Part shown: piece by piece, positions 20,133 through 29,520 of the stretch
How positions within the stretch are numbered: position 1 is the stretch's first letter
How the letters are laid out: every line of letters starts with the position of its first letter
Origin: Pseudobdellovibrionaceae bacterium
GTDB taxonomy: Bacteria; Bdellovibrionota; Bdellovibrionia; Bdellovibrionales; Bdellovibrionaceae
NCBI GenBank assembly: GCA_039810425.1
Contig: JBDHWW010000010.1
Location: 16,575-80,574, forward strand
DNA: 64,000 nt
Reading direction: 5' to 3'
Notes under the pieces: generated by a model
What the model was told of the DNA's origin: nothing
Seen by the model: only the letters and a program-made list of their open reading frames with translations
The model's database searches: none
Program-made: the position numbers and the translations under genes

Positions 20133-20414
20133 ATGAATAAGATGATGATTCTTGGCGCAGCGGCAGTTGGGCTTATGGCAGCAAGCGCTGCTTCAGCCGC
20201 AGATGCAGCAAAAAAAGCAGCTCCCGCAGATACAAAAGCCGTAGCAATGGGTGAATGCACCGGCATAAACTCTTGCAAAGGTAAAGGCGAATGCGGTGGT
20301 TCAGCCCACGAGTGCTCTGGTAAAAATGCTTGCAAAGGCCAAGGCTGGATGAAAATGTCAGAGAAAGACTGTGTCGCGAAGAAAGGCAAATGGAAAGCCG
20401 GAACGTACATGTAA
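20133..20414 (+). CDS. Bufferin-type (BufA2-like) six-Cys RiPP precursor
   Basis: Signal peptide then C-x-G-x-N-x-C-K-G twice (CTGINSCKG, CSGKNACKG), 6 Cys; AGGAGG SD; directly upstream of DUF692. Confidence 0.85.
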   Translation: MNKMMILGAAAVGLMAASAASAADAAKKAAPADTKAVAMGECTGINSCKGKGECGGSAHECSGKNACKGQGWMKMSEKDCVAKKGKWKAGTYM

Positions 20415-21268
20415 TTTCTGATGAATTTTTTGGTGGTGTGGGCTTGCGGCCCACCCACTATCCGCATTTGCTTTCCCAGGGGGCGGGTTCTGTTCAGTGG
20501 TTCGAAGCTATTTCTGAAAACTACATGGATTCCTTCGGCCGCCCCCGCGAAATTCTCCATAAAATCCGCGAAGACTTCCCTGTAGCACTGCACGGAGTTT
20601 CAATGTCTTTAGGCTCACCTGAAGGGTTGGGCTACGAGCATCTTTGTCGCTTAAAAACTCTCGTGCATGAAATTGATCCGATGATCGTTTCGGATCACAT
20701 GTGCTGGAGCAAGTTTGGCTCGCACTACTCCCATGATCTTTTGCCGGTGGAATACACCGAAGAAAGCCTCCGTGGTTTGATCCGCAATATTGATCATGCC
20801 CAAGACTTTTTGGGCCGTCAGATTTTAATCGAAAATGTTTCAGCGTATATTCAGTCTTCTGAAGCCGACTACACGGAATGGGATTTTCTCGTGAAAGCCG
20901 TGCGCAGTACCGGATGTAAGATTCTTCTCGACATTAACAATGTCTACGTCAATGCTTCGAATTTTGGTTTTGACCCGAAATTGTATTTAAAATCAGTGCC
21001 TGCGGAATTGATCGGCCAGATTCATTTGGCCGGCTTCACTGACATGGGCGACTACTTGTTTGATACACACTCCAAAGCCGTGCATGACGACGTTTGGACT
21101 TTGTTTGAATTTAAAGCTCGCGAGCTCACTAACATCCCTGTGTTGATAGAGTGGGATGATGACATTCCGAACTTTAACCGCCTTGAAAATGAATTGCTGA
21201 AGGCGGAAGCTCGCTGGAAGCTCGCACACGCACCGAAAGGAGCCTATGAAAAACCGCTCCTTTTATAA
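20390..21268 (+). CDS. DUF692 multinuclear non-heme iron oxidative enzyme (MNIO, BufB-like)
   Basis: GVGLR, SDHMCW, ENVSAY, LLDINNVYVN, QIHLAG, DTH, IEWD. Confidence 0.93.
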   Translation: MESRNVHVISDEFFGGVGLRPTHYPHLLSQGAGSVQWFEAISENYMDSFGRPREILHKIREDFPVALHGVSMSLGSPEGLGYEHLCRLKTLVHEIDPMIVSDHMCWSKFGSHYSHDLLPVEYTEESLRGLIRNIDHAQDFLGRQILIENVSAYIQSSEADYTEWDFLVKAVRSTGCKILLDINNVYVNASNFGFDPKLYLKSVPAELIGQIHLAGFTDMGDYLFDTHSKAVHDDVWTLFEFKARELTNIPVLIEWDDDIPNFNRLENELLKAEARWKLAHAPKGAYEKPLLL

Positions 21269-21965
21269 GGCCGTGATTGGCGCAGAAAGTGCTCCTACCG
21301 AGGGTTTTAAGGCGGCGGGATCATTGAGTGTCGCCGGTGGCTTCGCGGTTTACCAACGCGGCTATATAGCCCGCCTCACTGAGACTTTAGGTGAAACCTA
21401 CGAGTCCGTCTGGCGCGTGCTCGGCGATGATTCATTTTTTGAAACCTGCGAAGATTTTATCACTAACAACCCTTCCCAGTCTTATAATTTGTCTGACTAC
21501 TCCGTGAAGTTTATCGATTTTATGCTTTCACATCCGGCAACTACGGCCTTTCCTTTCTTGCCGGACCTCGCACATCTGGGTTGGCTCCATAAAGAAATCT
21601 TTCACGGCACAGGCGATGTTGGCCTTGCCGGTGAAGAACTTATGAGTGCTTTGAGCGAGCGTGCTGAAGATGTGAAGCTCGCACCGAACTTTGCGGTTTT
21701 GAAATCCGGTTATCGCCTGTTTGATATCTGGAAAGCGCTAAAAGAAGAAGGCCCGTTGCCTGAGGGCTGGCAAGAACCGCAAAATCTTGCGCTCTACAAA
21801 ATGGATAATCAGGTTTATGTACGTGAGATCTCTGCGGGGGAGGCGGCATTCTTTGAGAACCTGCAATCAGGAATGAATGTCTTAAAAGCATGCGAAAAAC
21901 TAACTCCCCAGGAAATCACTGCATTATTTGAGTTCCTAGGACGCGCGCGCTGCCTCATTCCCTAG
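21246..21965 (+). CDS. DUF2063 MNIO partner protein (BufC-like)
   Basis: VYQRGY..RL...L...Y..V..VLG...F and DLAHL.W pattern; overlaps the MNIO stop. Confidence 0.85.
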   Translation: MKNRSFYKAVIGAESAPTEGFKAAGSLSVAGGFAVYQRGYIARLTETLGETYESVWRVLGDDSFFETCEDFITNNPSQSYNLSDYSVKFIDFMLSHPATTAFPFLPDLAHLGWLHKEIFHGTGDVGLAGEELMSALSERAEDVKLAPNFAVLKSGYRLFDIWKALKEEGPLPEGWQEPQNLALYKMDNQVYVREISAGEAAFFENLQSGMNVLKACEKLTPQEITALFEFLGRARCLIP

Positions 21966-21978
21966 TCCGAAATCTGGA

Positions 21979-22006
21979 GGTACGCCGTACCTTTTTCGGA
22001 TGCGAT
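21979..22006 (+). repeat. REP, left of RAYT
   Basis: GGTACGCCGTACCTTTTTCGGATGCGAT, exact reverse complement of 22709-22736. Confidence 0.95.
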
Positions 22007-22039
22007 GCAGATAAAACCCACATAACATGCAGCTGGGCA

Positions 22040-22055
22040 TGGCAGAGACATTGCT
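22040..22055 (+). promoter_or_regulatory. sigma54 -24/-12 promoter of RAYT
   Basis: TGGCAGAGACATTGCT, near consensus; predicted +1 is within about 2 nt of ATG 22068. Confidence 0.7.
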
Positions 22056-22067
22056 TCGTCGGCCTCT

Positions 22068-22709
22068 ATGCCTAGAGCTAAGTTTTTACCCCATTCTAAT
22101 ATTCCCTATCTTGTTACCGCCCGATCACGTAACCAAGAATGGTATGACCTCTCAATGTCGACAATGTGGGACCTTTTTAGTGACTATCTCTATTTCGTCG
22201 AAAAGGCCTACAATTTAGAAATTCATAGCTTTGTTCTTATGAGCAATCACTTCCATATGATTCTGCAGACCCCCGACGCAAATCTGGACAGGGCGATGAA
22301 TTACTTTTTGCGAGAGGTTAGCAAAGAGACTTGTCGCCTCTCCAAAAGAAAAAATCAGATTTTTGGTGGACCTTATCACAGGTGCCTTTTGAAAGAGGAG
22401 GCATACTACTTCAATGCCTATAAGTACCTTTATCAAAATCCAGTGAGAGCTGGAATCTGCCAGTACGTCCATGAATATAAGTATAGTACTCTTGCCGGAC
22501 TTTTAGGATTAAGTAAATCCATCATTCCCATTCGGGGAGATCGTATCTTAGTAGAAAATCCCACCCCGACGCTCAAGTGGCTCAACCAAAAAATGGATGA
22601 TGAAACAAAAGAAACAATTCGGCATGGTCTGATGAAAAAAGAATTTAAAGTTTGCCAAGATAAAATGACAGGAAAGATCTCAGGTCTTCACGTACCGTCG
22701 TTTGACTGA
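22068..22709 (+). mobile_element. REP-associated tyrosine transposase (RAYT, Y1/HUH superfamily)
   Basis: MPR start, FVLMSNHFHM HUH motif, YLYQNPVRAG, YKYST; flanked by inverted REPs. Confidence 0.92.
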
Positions 22710-22736
22710 TCGCATCCGAAAAAGGTACGGCGTACC
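22709..22736 (-). repeat. REP, right of RAYT
   Basis: ATCGCATCCGAAAAAGGTACGGCGTACC, perfect inverted copy. Confidence 0.95.
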
Positions 22737-22738
22737 CC

Positions 22739-23146
22739 CTACTTCTTGTCGATGGAAATTGCGAACTTTTTTACGCCGGCTGTTTTGACGATGTCGAGGA
22801 GACCCACCACTTTTCCGTGGGGGACGTCTTTATCCGCAGAGATGATCGCTTGGATGTCAGCATTCCTTGCCACTTCGTCCATCGCTTTTTGCTTTACTGC
22901 GGCTTCATCCACGAAAACGCCGTTGAGGTTTATACGGCCATCCGCAGTGAGGGCAATGTTGAGTTTACTTGGGGCCGTCTGATCGCCGCTGGCCGCTTTT
23001 GGCAAGTTCACATTGATCGTTGGTTTGATGAACATCGGGGCCGTCACCATGAAGATGATCAAAACCACGAGAATGATATCCACGAGGGGGACAACATTGA
23101 TGTCCGCGATGGATTCATTGTTTTCTACATCATACTTCATACCCAT
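22739..23146 (-). CDS. ExbD/TolR family protein
   Basis: INVVPLVDIILVVLIIFMVTAP, VNLPKA, ADKDVPHG. Confidence 0.95.
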   Translation of the reverse strand: MGMKYDVENNESIADINVVPLVDIILVVLIIFMVTAPMFIKPTINVNLPKAASGDQTAPSKLNIALTADGRINLNGVFVDEAAVKQKAMDEVARNADIQAIISADKDVPHGKVVGLLDIVKTAGVKKFAISIDKK

Positions 23147-23148
23147 GG

Positions 23149-23784
23149 CTACACGCCTTTTTTCTTCGCGTAAGCGAGGCAGAGCTCTTTCACGCTCTCA
23201 AGGCCCTGCATCACACCGCGAACTTTCTTGCTATAGTAGTTGTAAGAAATAACCGCTGGGATCGCCACGAAAAGACCCGCTGCCGTTGCAACAAGAGCCA
23301 AAGAAATCCCCGCCATCACCGTCTGCTGACCCGCTTCTGGAGCCTGCGCTAAATCGTTGAAGGCTTTCATAATCCCCAAAACCGTTCCCAAAAGGCCGAT
23401 GTAAGGAGCATTCGAACCGACCGTTGCAAGGAAACTCAAAAATCTTTCGAGCTCTGGGCGCTCTGTCAATGAAAACGTATTGAAGACTTCTTCCAAACCT
23501 TTGCTTCCACTGTCCTTCATATGCTTAAGCGCGTAGCTGGCAGCACGACCTTCGAGGCTTTCGATGTCTTTCGCAATCGTTTCAACGTCTTCTACGCTAT
23601 TACTTTGCAACGCCATACGGATGCGGGCACGGATCTGAGCCGACTGGTTGCCAACTTTACGGAGGGCGAAAAACCGCTCTAAAATCATGCCGATGCTGAG
23701 GACGCTCAAGATAACCAAGATCCATAAAACAACTTGGTCCGCCAAATGCGCGACGGCAAAAATTTTCTCGCTAAGTACTGGCAT
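23149..23784 (-). CDS. MotA/TolQ/ExbB proton channel family protein
   Basis: APYIGLLGTVLGI, ALVATAAGLFVAIPA. Confidence 0.95.
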   Translation of the reverse strand: MPVLSEKIFAVAHLADQVVLWILVILSVLSIGMILERFFALRKVGNQSAQIRARIRMALQSNSVEDVETIAKDIESLEGRAASYALKHMKDSGSKGLEEVFNTFSLTERPELERFLSFLATVGSNAPYIGLLGTVLGIMKAFNDLAQAPEAGQQTVMAGISLALVATAAGLFVAIPAVISYNYYSKKVRGVMQGLESVKELCLAYAKKKGV

Positions 23785-23838
23785 GGATGGTCCTTTCTTT
23801 GACTCTCTTCAATAATTAAATCATTATCACTAGATCCA

Positions 23839-25695
23839 ATGAGACCGGTCAAGGCATCCTCTATCATCGCAACTTTATTGTTACTGGCGGCAAGTCTAGT
23901 CCAGACTGCGTGCCAGCCTTCTTCAAACCCTTCGATTTTAGTGATCGCAGTCGATGACCTTAGCGTATTAGATATTCTGTGCAACGAAGATATGACAAAT
24001 GCCAATAGATCCGGCTTTGAAATTCTTTGTAAAGAATCAGTACGCTTCACCCATGCGTTTAGCCCCTCGGTCTTATCCGTGCCGACTCTCGCGAGTATCT
24101 TAACCGGGGTCTATCCATTTCAACACCGCGTCCGCAATAACGGCTCTCCGGGCTTGGATCCACAATTCACCACAGTTGCTGAATACGCTTTGTCAAAGAA
24201 CTATAGAACCGCTTTTTTCTCCGGGGGCCCCCCCGTGTGGAGAAAGTCTGGATTGAACCAGGGATTTGAGCTCTTCGATGACAACATCATTCCCACTCGG
24301 CAGACACTTTATCGTCCATTCCCCTCTTCCACGAAGTCCTTGATGCAGTGGGTGCGCCAGGATATCGGCCACAGTTCGTTCTTCGCGATGATCTATGCAC
24401 CGGACTTGATCTTTACTAACACCGTCACCGTGAATGAGTTCGGCGAGGCTCGAAATCTTTCGCACGAAAGCCAGCTTGATGAACTCGATAGCAATCTCTA
24501 TCAACTTTTCAGTGACCTGAAGGCTATGCACCGCTGGAATTCGACGACCTTGGTGGTGGTGGGGCTTAATGGCCACACGAGTGACGACCGTCCCGGAGAA
24601 TTAACACCGCTGAACCTGCACAGTGAAAATACACAGGTGGCCCTGTTTGTAAAGCCGGCGCAAAAAGTCCGTGACGAAGCTTTGCAATGGAAGATTGACC
24701 GCAATGTCAGCCTCGTGGATCTTGGCCAAAGTTTGTTTGAGCTTATTGGTGAAGCCAACAATCCGAATAAGCCTGTCGGCGTCTTTCCGGTCTACTCGCT
24801 CAAGCAGCTTGTACAAAAAAATCAGATGGAGTGGCCCGAAAATCGGCTGATCTTGATGGAATCGGATTGGGCTCAGTGGCGCGGCTTTAGCAATCGCCGC
24901 TCTGCGGTCTTAAGCGGCCATACGCTATTGATCTATGATAGAGAGCCGCAATTCTTTAATACTCTCACCGACCGTCTTGAAACCAATCCGCTTCGCAGCG
25001 CCGAGATGTCCACGGAAGAGCGCAATCAAATTTTAGCCGCGCTTGATGCCGTTGAGGGCGAACCTTGGCTGGGCCTCGACAAAGATACTTTTAAAAAATA
25101 CACTCCGGGATTCTATCGCTGGCTGAGGGAAGATCAAAAGCCGACATTGCTCCGCGATTTGAAAGTGCATGCCAATGGGAAAATACCGGATGCCGACACG
25201 CTTCGCTGGGCCGGATTTTTGGCGTTTGAACTAAAAGATTGGAACAGCCTTAAAGCGCTGGGACAAAAAGCGGCGCAGCCTTTCTGGCAGTACGTTGCGG
25301 AACGCAACGGCGGGGGCGGTGGCAGTTCCCCCTTCAATATGGCCCAGGATACATGCTTACGCCTCTTGGAAATACCGCACCTAGATTCTGCGGATCTCAA
25401 AAAATGCGATGATTCGTTGTTCTTGGACTTCATTGACTGGCATCGTGCTGATATTCGCGGCCTTTCTCGCGATACCCAGAAGCGCCGCTTTGAACGAGCC
25501 TATTTGAACTATCTCGTCGACCAGAATATCAAGCAAGGCAACCTTGCAACATCTCTGATTTGGGATATATCCATGAAGACTCAGTTAGCACCTGAACGTG
25601 TGGATTTGGTTCTGAGCTTGCCGGAGTTTCAAAAGCAACGCGCCAGTCTTATGAAGGCCCTGCAAAACAGCAATACTTGGCAAGACGAAGATTAG
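23839..25695 (+). CDS. Sulfatase-like (alkaline phosphatase superfamily) lipoprotein, probably degenerate
   Basis: QTAC lipobox-like site, PSILVIAVDDL, SVPTLASILTG, GLNQGFE. Confidence 0.75.
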   Translation: MRPVKASSIIATLLLLAASLVQTACQPSSNPSILVIAVDDLSVLDILCNEDMTNANRSGFEILCKESVRFTHAFSPSVLSVPTLASILTGVYPFQHRVRNNGSPGLDPQFTTVAEYALSKNYRTAFFSGGPPVWRKSGLNQGFELFDDNIIPTRQTLYRPFPSSTKSLMQWVRQDIGHSSFFAMIYAPDLIFTNTVTVNEFGEARNLSHESQLDELDSNLYQLFSDLKAMHRWNSTTLVVVGLNGHTSDDRPGELTPLNLHSENTQVALFVKPAQKVRDEALQWKIDRNVSLVDLGQSLFELIGEANNPNKPVGVFPVYSLKQLVQKNQMEWPENRLILMESDWAQWRGFSNRRSAVLSGHTLLIYDREPQFFNTLTDRLETNPLRSAEMSTEERNQILAALDAVEGEPWLGLDKDTFKKYTPGFYRWLREDQKPTLLRDLKVHANGKIPDADTLRWAGFLAFELKDWNSLKALGQKAAQPFWQYVAERNGGGGGSSPFNMAQDTCLRLLEIPHLDSADLKKCDDSLFLDFIDWHRADIRGLSRDTQKRRFERAYLNYLVDQNIKQGNLATSLIWDISMKTQLAPERVDLVLSLPEFQKQRASLMKALQNSNTWQDED

Positions 25696-26381
25696 TCGCT
25701 GAGCTCGACAATACCGAGCCAGAATGGCGCATCGGGATTCTTTTGAACGAGTTTTTGGGTCATCTGCTGCAAATCCGCTGAATAACTGGAGCTCCAAATA
25801 GACTCCGGCCAAACGCCGCCAGCGTACAGAATTAGACGATCACTGTCTCTAATATGAAAATCACCTACACGGATATTGAGATTGGTATCCGTACCGACAA
25901 GTGTTTGCGGCAATGGCGGCATCAACATCCCGTCTTCGCCGCTCATCTCGAAACTGGAATCGAAGTTCACGGAAATCGGCGCCATCACTTTGTCAGATTT
26001 TTGAATCAAAAGATGCGGCGAACCCACTTGGGCGTAAGCCATCTGCGAGCCGGTGCGCAGCAAAAGCAGCGTTTCAAGACCCGCTTGGTAGGCGACCTTG
26101 TTTTCACTCCGATAGAAAGTCTCATTGGCAATGAGAGTCGCAATACGCAAGTAGTTTGCTTGATTCGTCAGAGAGGTTAAGAACTCGAACGGAGAAGTCA
26201 CCTCCACGTCCGCTTTTGCCGCCTGGATGTATTTCGAGACATCTTCATTCAAACGAGCGGCATGCTCAGAACTGCCCCACGACGTCGTCACAACGATGAA
26301 AGAGCCGTCCGGCTCAACATAGATTTCTGGGCGGGGGCGGAAATTCTTGGTGGAGTACGAACGCTCGGCAATCCTCATCAC
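25692..26381 (-). CDS. PP2C/PPM-fold protein lacking canonical metal-binding Asp residues
   Basis: YAQVGS (cf. HVGDS), DRLILYAGGV (cf. LLCSDGL); last gene of the FHA operon. Confidence 0.6.
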   Translation of the reverse strand: MMRIAERSYSTKNFRPRPEIYVEPDGSFIVVTTSWGSSEHAARLNEDVSKYIQAAKADVEVTSPFEFLTSLTNQANYLRIATLIANETFYRSENKVAYQAGLETLLLLRTGSQMAYAQVGSPHLLIQKSDKVMAPISVNFDSSFEMSGEDGMLMPPLPQTLVGTDTNLNIRVGDFHIRDSDRLILYAGGVWPESIWSSSYSADLQQMTQKLVQKNPDAPFWLGIVELSD

Positions 26382-28363
26382 AGAGCTCCGTACTTCTTAA
26401 GCTTAATTTTTGCCTTGCCGTAGTATTCGCCGTCTGGAATATCAAGGTCCATGATCTTCTTCCACTTGTCTTTGGCCCCAGGACGAGTTTCACTACCCTC
26501 AACGTTGCCGTAACTCTCTTCAAGCACGCCTTCTTGATACAAAACCATCATCTGCTTTTTCAACTCAAGAACATAACGTTGGATTTTATCCTTTGTATCA
26601 TTATTCCCCGGATCAACATCCACGGCTTTTCTGAGGGTCAATATAGCGTCTTTCAACTTTTGATCTTTATAGAAATTCTCCGCTTCGTTTGTCAGCTGGT
26701 CGATTTTTTGTTTGAGCGTTTGCTGAATCGCTGCAATCTGACGTCGGGCCTGCGGCTTCAACTCACCAGGATCCGGCAGGCTTGATGTTGTCACTGCCTG
26801 ATACTCTTTGATGGCGCGCAAGAACTGATTTCCTTTGTGGCTGCTTTCTGCACGGCCAAAAAGTCCGCGAAGTTTGGCGACTTGGGCACTGTATTCCGCT
26901 TTCTGCGCATCACGCAGTTGCTTTCTCGTCGCAAATTCTTCCACCTGCCGCCGAAGCTCCGTGAATTTCGCGTTGGCCGGATCAAACTCAATGACAGGAG
27001 CTAAACACTCATCCAACTGAGCCATTGTAAATTCAGGTGTAATCTTACCCTGGCATTCCACCGTTTTCGTTTCAATCTTTTCGCGGTTCTCTGCCATTTT
27101 CTGTTCAAGCTGCTCTTGCTGCCGTTTCTGCTCTTGAATGACGAGAGCTTCATTCGCGAGGCGCTCGATGTCCTTTGTATCTTCGTAGTCAGGAACCAGC
27201 TCATAGATTTTTGTGACTTCGGCTTTTGCAAGCTCGTACTTACCTTGCATATAAAGGTTTTTTGCAAGCATGTAGGTCTGCTTCACTAAAATCTGTTGCT
27301 CCGGAGACAGCTTATTGAAAGCCTCACTCGGCTTCATCGCACCTTGCTGTTGTTGACTTGGAGGCGGCTGCGCGTCCTGGTCACTGAAAAAGTAAGCAAC
27401 ACCCAATAGTAAGACCGCGCCGCCGATAAGCTTAATACGGTGCTTTTCAAAATCAAATTTCTTATTTCCAGACGCCGGATGCCCACCAGGCCCCGCCGCC
27501 GGATAACCATAGCCAAGATGCGCTGGTGACATTTCACCCATCGGCATCGGCATATGCTGGCCATGCTGAGCGTACGTCGGAACTGTTTCGTGGTGGATCG
27601 CCACAAGCGGGTTTGGCGTCTGGGCTTTCACAAGCTCCATACGCGCTTTGAAATCAGGATCGTGCAATTCAAAATACAAATGATTATCTAAAACGCTGAT
27701 TGCATCGCCGCTTTTAATCAGAATCGGATCCGTCGAAGGAACAGGAGTTCCATTCACCAGAGTTCCATTCACGCTGCCCAAATCCATAATCTGGAAAAAG
27801 CTGCCATGGCGACGCACTTCAAATTGACGGCGGCTCACGCGTTGGTCACGAATCACGATATCACACGAAGAATCACGGCCTGCAATCCACGTGTCGCCGC
27901 CTTCAAGCTTAAAGAGCTCTTTGACGTCACCCTCGGAATTCACGACTTTGATGTAAGGAACCGTGTTATTCGAACCAATGAAAGTCTTCTCTTGCACATC
28001 GACTTCCGCATACGCCGACCCGGCTATCGATTCAGGCAACCCTGGAGAAGCCACGGCCACGAGTTCCGATGAGACTTCAGAGTATTCAAATTCATAGGGA
28101 CCTAAGTAAAATAGTCTGGATCCTTCCAGCGTTGAGTGTTGGATCTTTTCCCCATCAACAAGGACATCGCCAAACCGGGAAAGGACTTCGAGATTCCACT
28201 TATCATCAGCAAAGTAGATCTTAAAGTGCTCGCGGGAAATGCCTTTTTCACTGATCAGAACGATATCGCAATCATCCTTGCGGCCGGCAAGGTATGTACG
28301 TTCAGGAGCTAGCTGGACGTCTTGCGTGACTTTACCCCGGAAACGGACTCGCAAACGGGCCAT
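26378..28363 (-). CDS. Double-FHA, TM, TPR-repeat protein
   Basis: GRK..CDI...ISREH and GRD..CDI...VSRRQ...DLGSVNGT; one TM; TPR-like helices. Confidence 0.88.
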   Translation of the reverse strand: MARLRVRFRGKVTQDVQLAPERTYLAGRKDDCDIVLISEKGISREHFKIYFADDKWNLEVLSRFGDVLVDGEKIQHSTLEGSRLFYLGPYEFEYSEVSSELVAVASPGLPESIAGSAYAEVDVQEKTFIGSNNTVPYIKVVNSEGDVKELFKLEGGDTWIAGRDSSCDIVIRDQRVSRRQFEVRRHGSFFQIMDLGSVNGTLVNGTPVPSTDPILIKSGDAISVLDNHLYFELHDPDFKARMELVKAQTPNPLVAIHHETVPTYAQHGQHMPMPMGEMSPAHLGYGYPAAGPGGHPASGNKKFDFEKHRIKLIGGAVLLLGVAYFFSDQDAQPPPSQQQQGAMKPSEAFNKLSPEQQILVKQTYMLAKNLYMQGKYELAKAEVTKIYELVPDYEDTKDIERLANEALVIQEQKRQQEQLEQKMAENREKIETKTVECQGKITPEFTMAQLDECLAPVIEFDPANAKFTELRRQVEEFATRKQLRDAQKAEYSAQVAKLRGLFGRAESSHKGNQFLRAIKEYQAVTTSSLPDPGELKPQARRQIAAIQQTLKQKIDQLTNEAENFYKDQKLKDAILTLRKAVDVDPGNNDTKDKIQRYVLELKKQMMVLYQEGVLEESYGNVEGSETRPGAKDKWKKIMDLDIPDGEYYGKAKIKLKKYGAL

Positions 28364-29520
28364 TAGTATCTCCCCGCTTGCGCTAAAATGCACTCATTAT
28401 AGTATTGTTTGGCTTCTTTAAAAATCGGATCTTGGTTGTTCGCAACCATAGTCATAACATTAAAATAAGCCGCTGCACACATGCGCCAGTTTTTCTTTTC
28501 ACGGTAACGATTTCCCTGCAACATATGGGCTTTTACTGTCTCATCGAACTTCAGTTTCGCGAGCTGATAGTAGCGCTTTGCCAGCTCGTTATCAGGATCC
28601 AGATTCAAGACGACTTGAAAAGATTCACGTGCGCGGCCGTAGTTACCTTGTTTGTAATCACGAAAACCACGGATGTAGTTCTCTTGAGCACGGCGATATT
28701 GGACATTATCCAACTTTTCACGGCGTGCTTCGAATTCTTTAAGATCCCCTTTCGAGGTTTCAATATCTTTTTCAATTTGCTCCGTTGAACGGAATGTTAG
28801 TTCCTTCTTCGGGGACCGAGTTGAAGTCATCATCCAATAGAAGAAAATGCCAATCACAACCACGATCACGTAGAAACGAATGCGACCAGAATTGTCCCCG
28901 CCGGCAATTTTGCGGTGACGGCCACTGCCACTCGGACGTGGACTTGGAATTCCCATCGGCCCGGGCAAGTTCGTACCATAGTTTGGATGTCCACCGGCGG
29001 CTCCCGCCATGATTCCGGAGGGAGGCATTGGCGACATCGGAGATTGCGGAACCGGGTACGGCCGGTTCGCCTGAAGGATCGGCATTTCTACGACGACAGC
29101 TTCAGGCTCAAAGTGTACTTTGGTTTTAGGCTCATCCAGATCATTTGGAGTCGCCGGCTCATTCAAATCCATACCCTCTGGCATTTCCGCAGTCGGCAAT
29201 TGAAAATCAATGCGAAACTCGGTCTCGCCAATGTGAACAATAGCACCCGGCTCAAGCACCGCACTTTCAACTTGGCTGCCATTGACAGCCAAGAAGCTTT
29301 TCGAGCTGATGTTCACGATGCGAAGCTGATGCCCATCCCAATGAATTTCTGCATGCTTACGGCTTGCGCGAATATCATTTGAAAGAATCAAATCATTGTC
29401 GCTGCCACGGCCAATTTCAACAATCACCTTGTTAAAGCTAAAGCTTTGCCCTGCCAGCGGACCGCGCTGGATTTGGATTTCAAGCTGAAAGCCAGTCTCT
29501 AACTGAGGAGCTGTTGACAT
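28363..29520 (-). CDS. FHA, Pro-rich linker, TM, TPR protein
   Basis: IGRGSDNDL...ASRKHA; TM helix; GNYGRARESFQVVLNLDPDN TPR. Confidence 0.88.
   Translation of the reverse strand: MSTAPQLETGFQLEIQIQRGPLAGQSFSFNKVIVEIGRGSDNDLILSNDIRASRKHAEIHWDGHQLRIVNISSKSFLAVNGSQVESAVLEPGAIVHIGETEFRIDFQLPTAEMPEGMDLNEPATPNDLDEPKTKVHFEPEAVVVEMPILQANRPYPVPQSPMSPMPPSGIMAGAAGGHPNYGTNLPGPMGIPSPRPSGSGRHRKIAGGDNSGRIRFYVIVVVIGIFFYWMMTSTRSPKKELTFRSTEQIEKDIETSKGDLKEFEARREKLDNVQYRRAQENYIRGFRDYKQGNYGRARESFQVVLNLDPDNELAKRYYQLAKLKFDETVKAHMLQGNRYREKKNWRMCAAAYFNVMTMVANNQDPIFKEAKQYYNECILAQAGRY

Noticed and set aside
21979..22736. Classical IS with terminal inverted repeats
   Set aside because: The enzyme is an HUH/Y1 type rather than DDE, the repeats are internally palindromic and occur solo elsewhere, and no target duplication is evident
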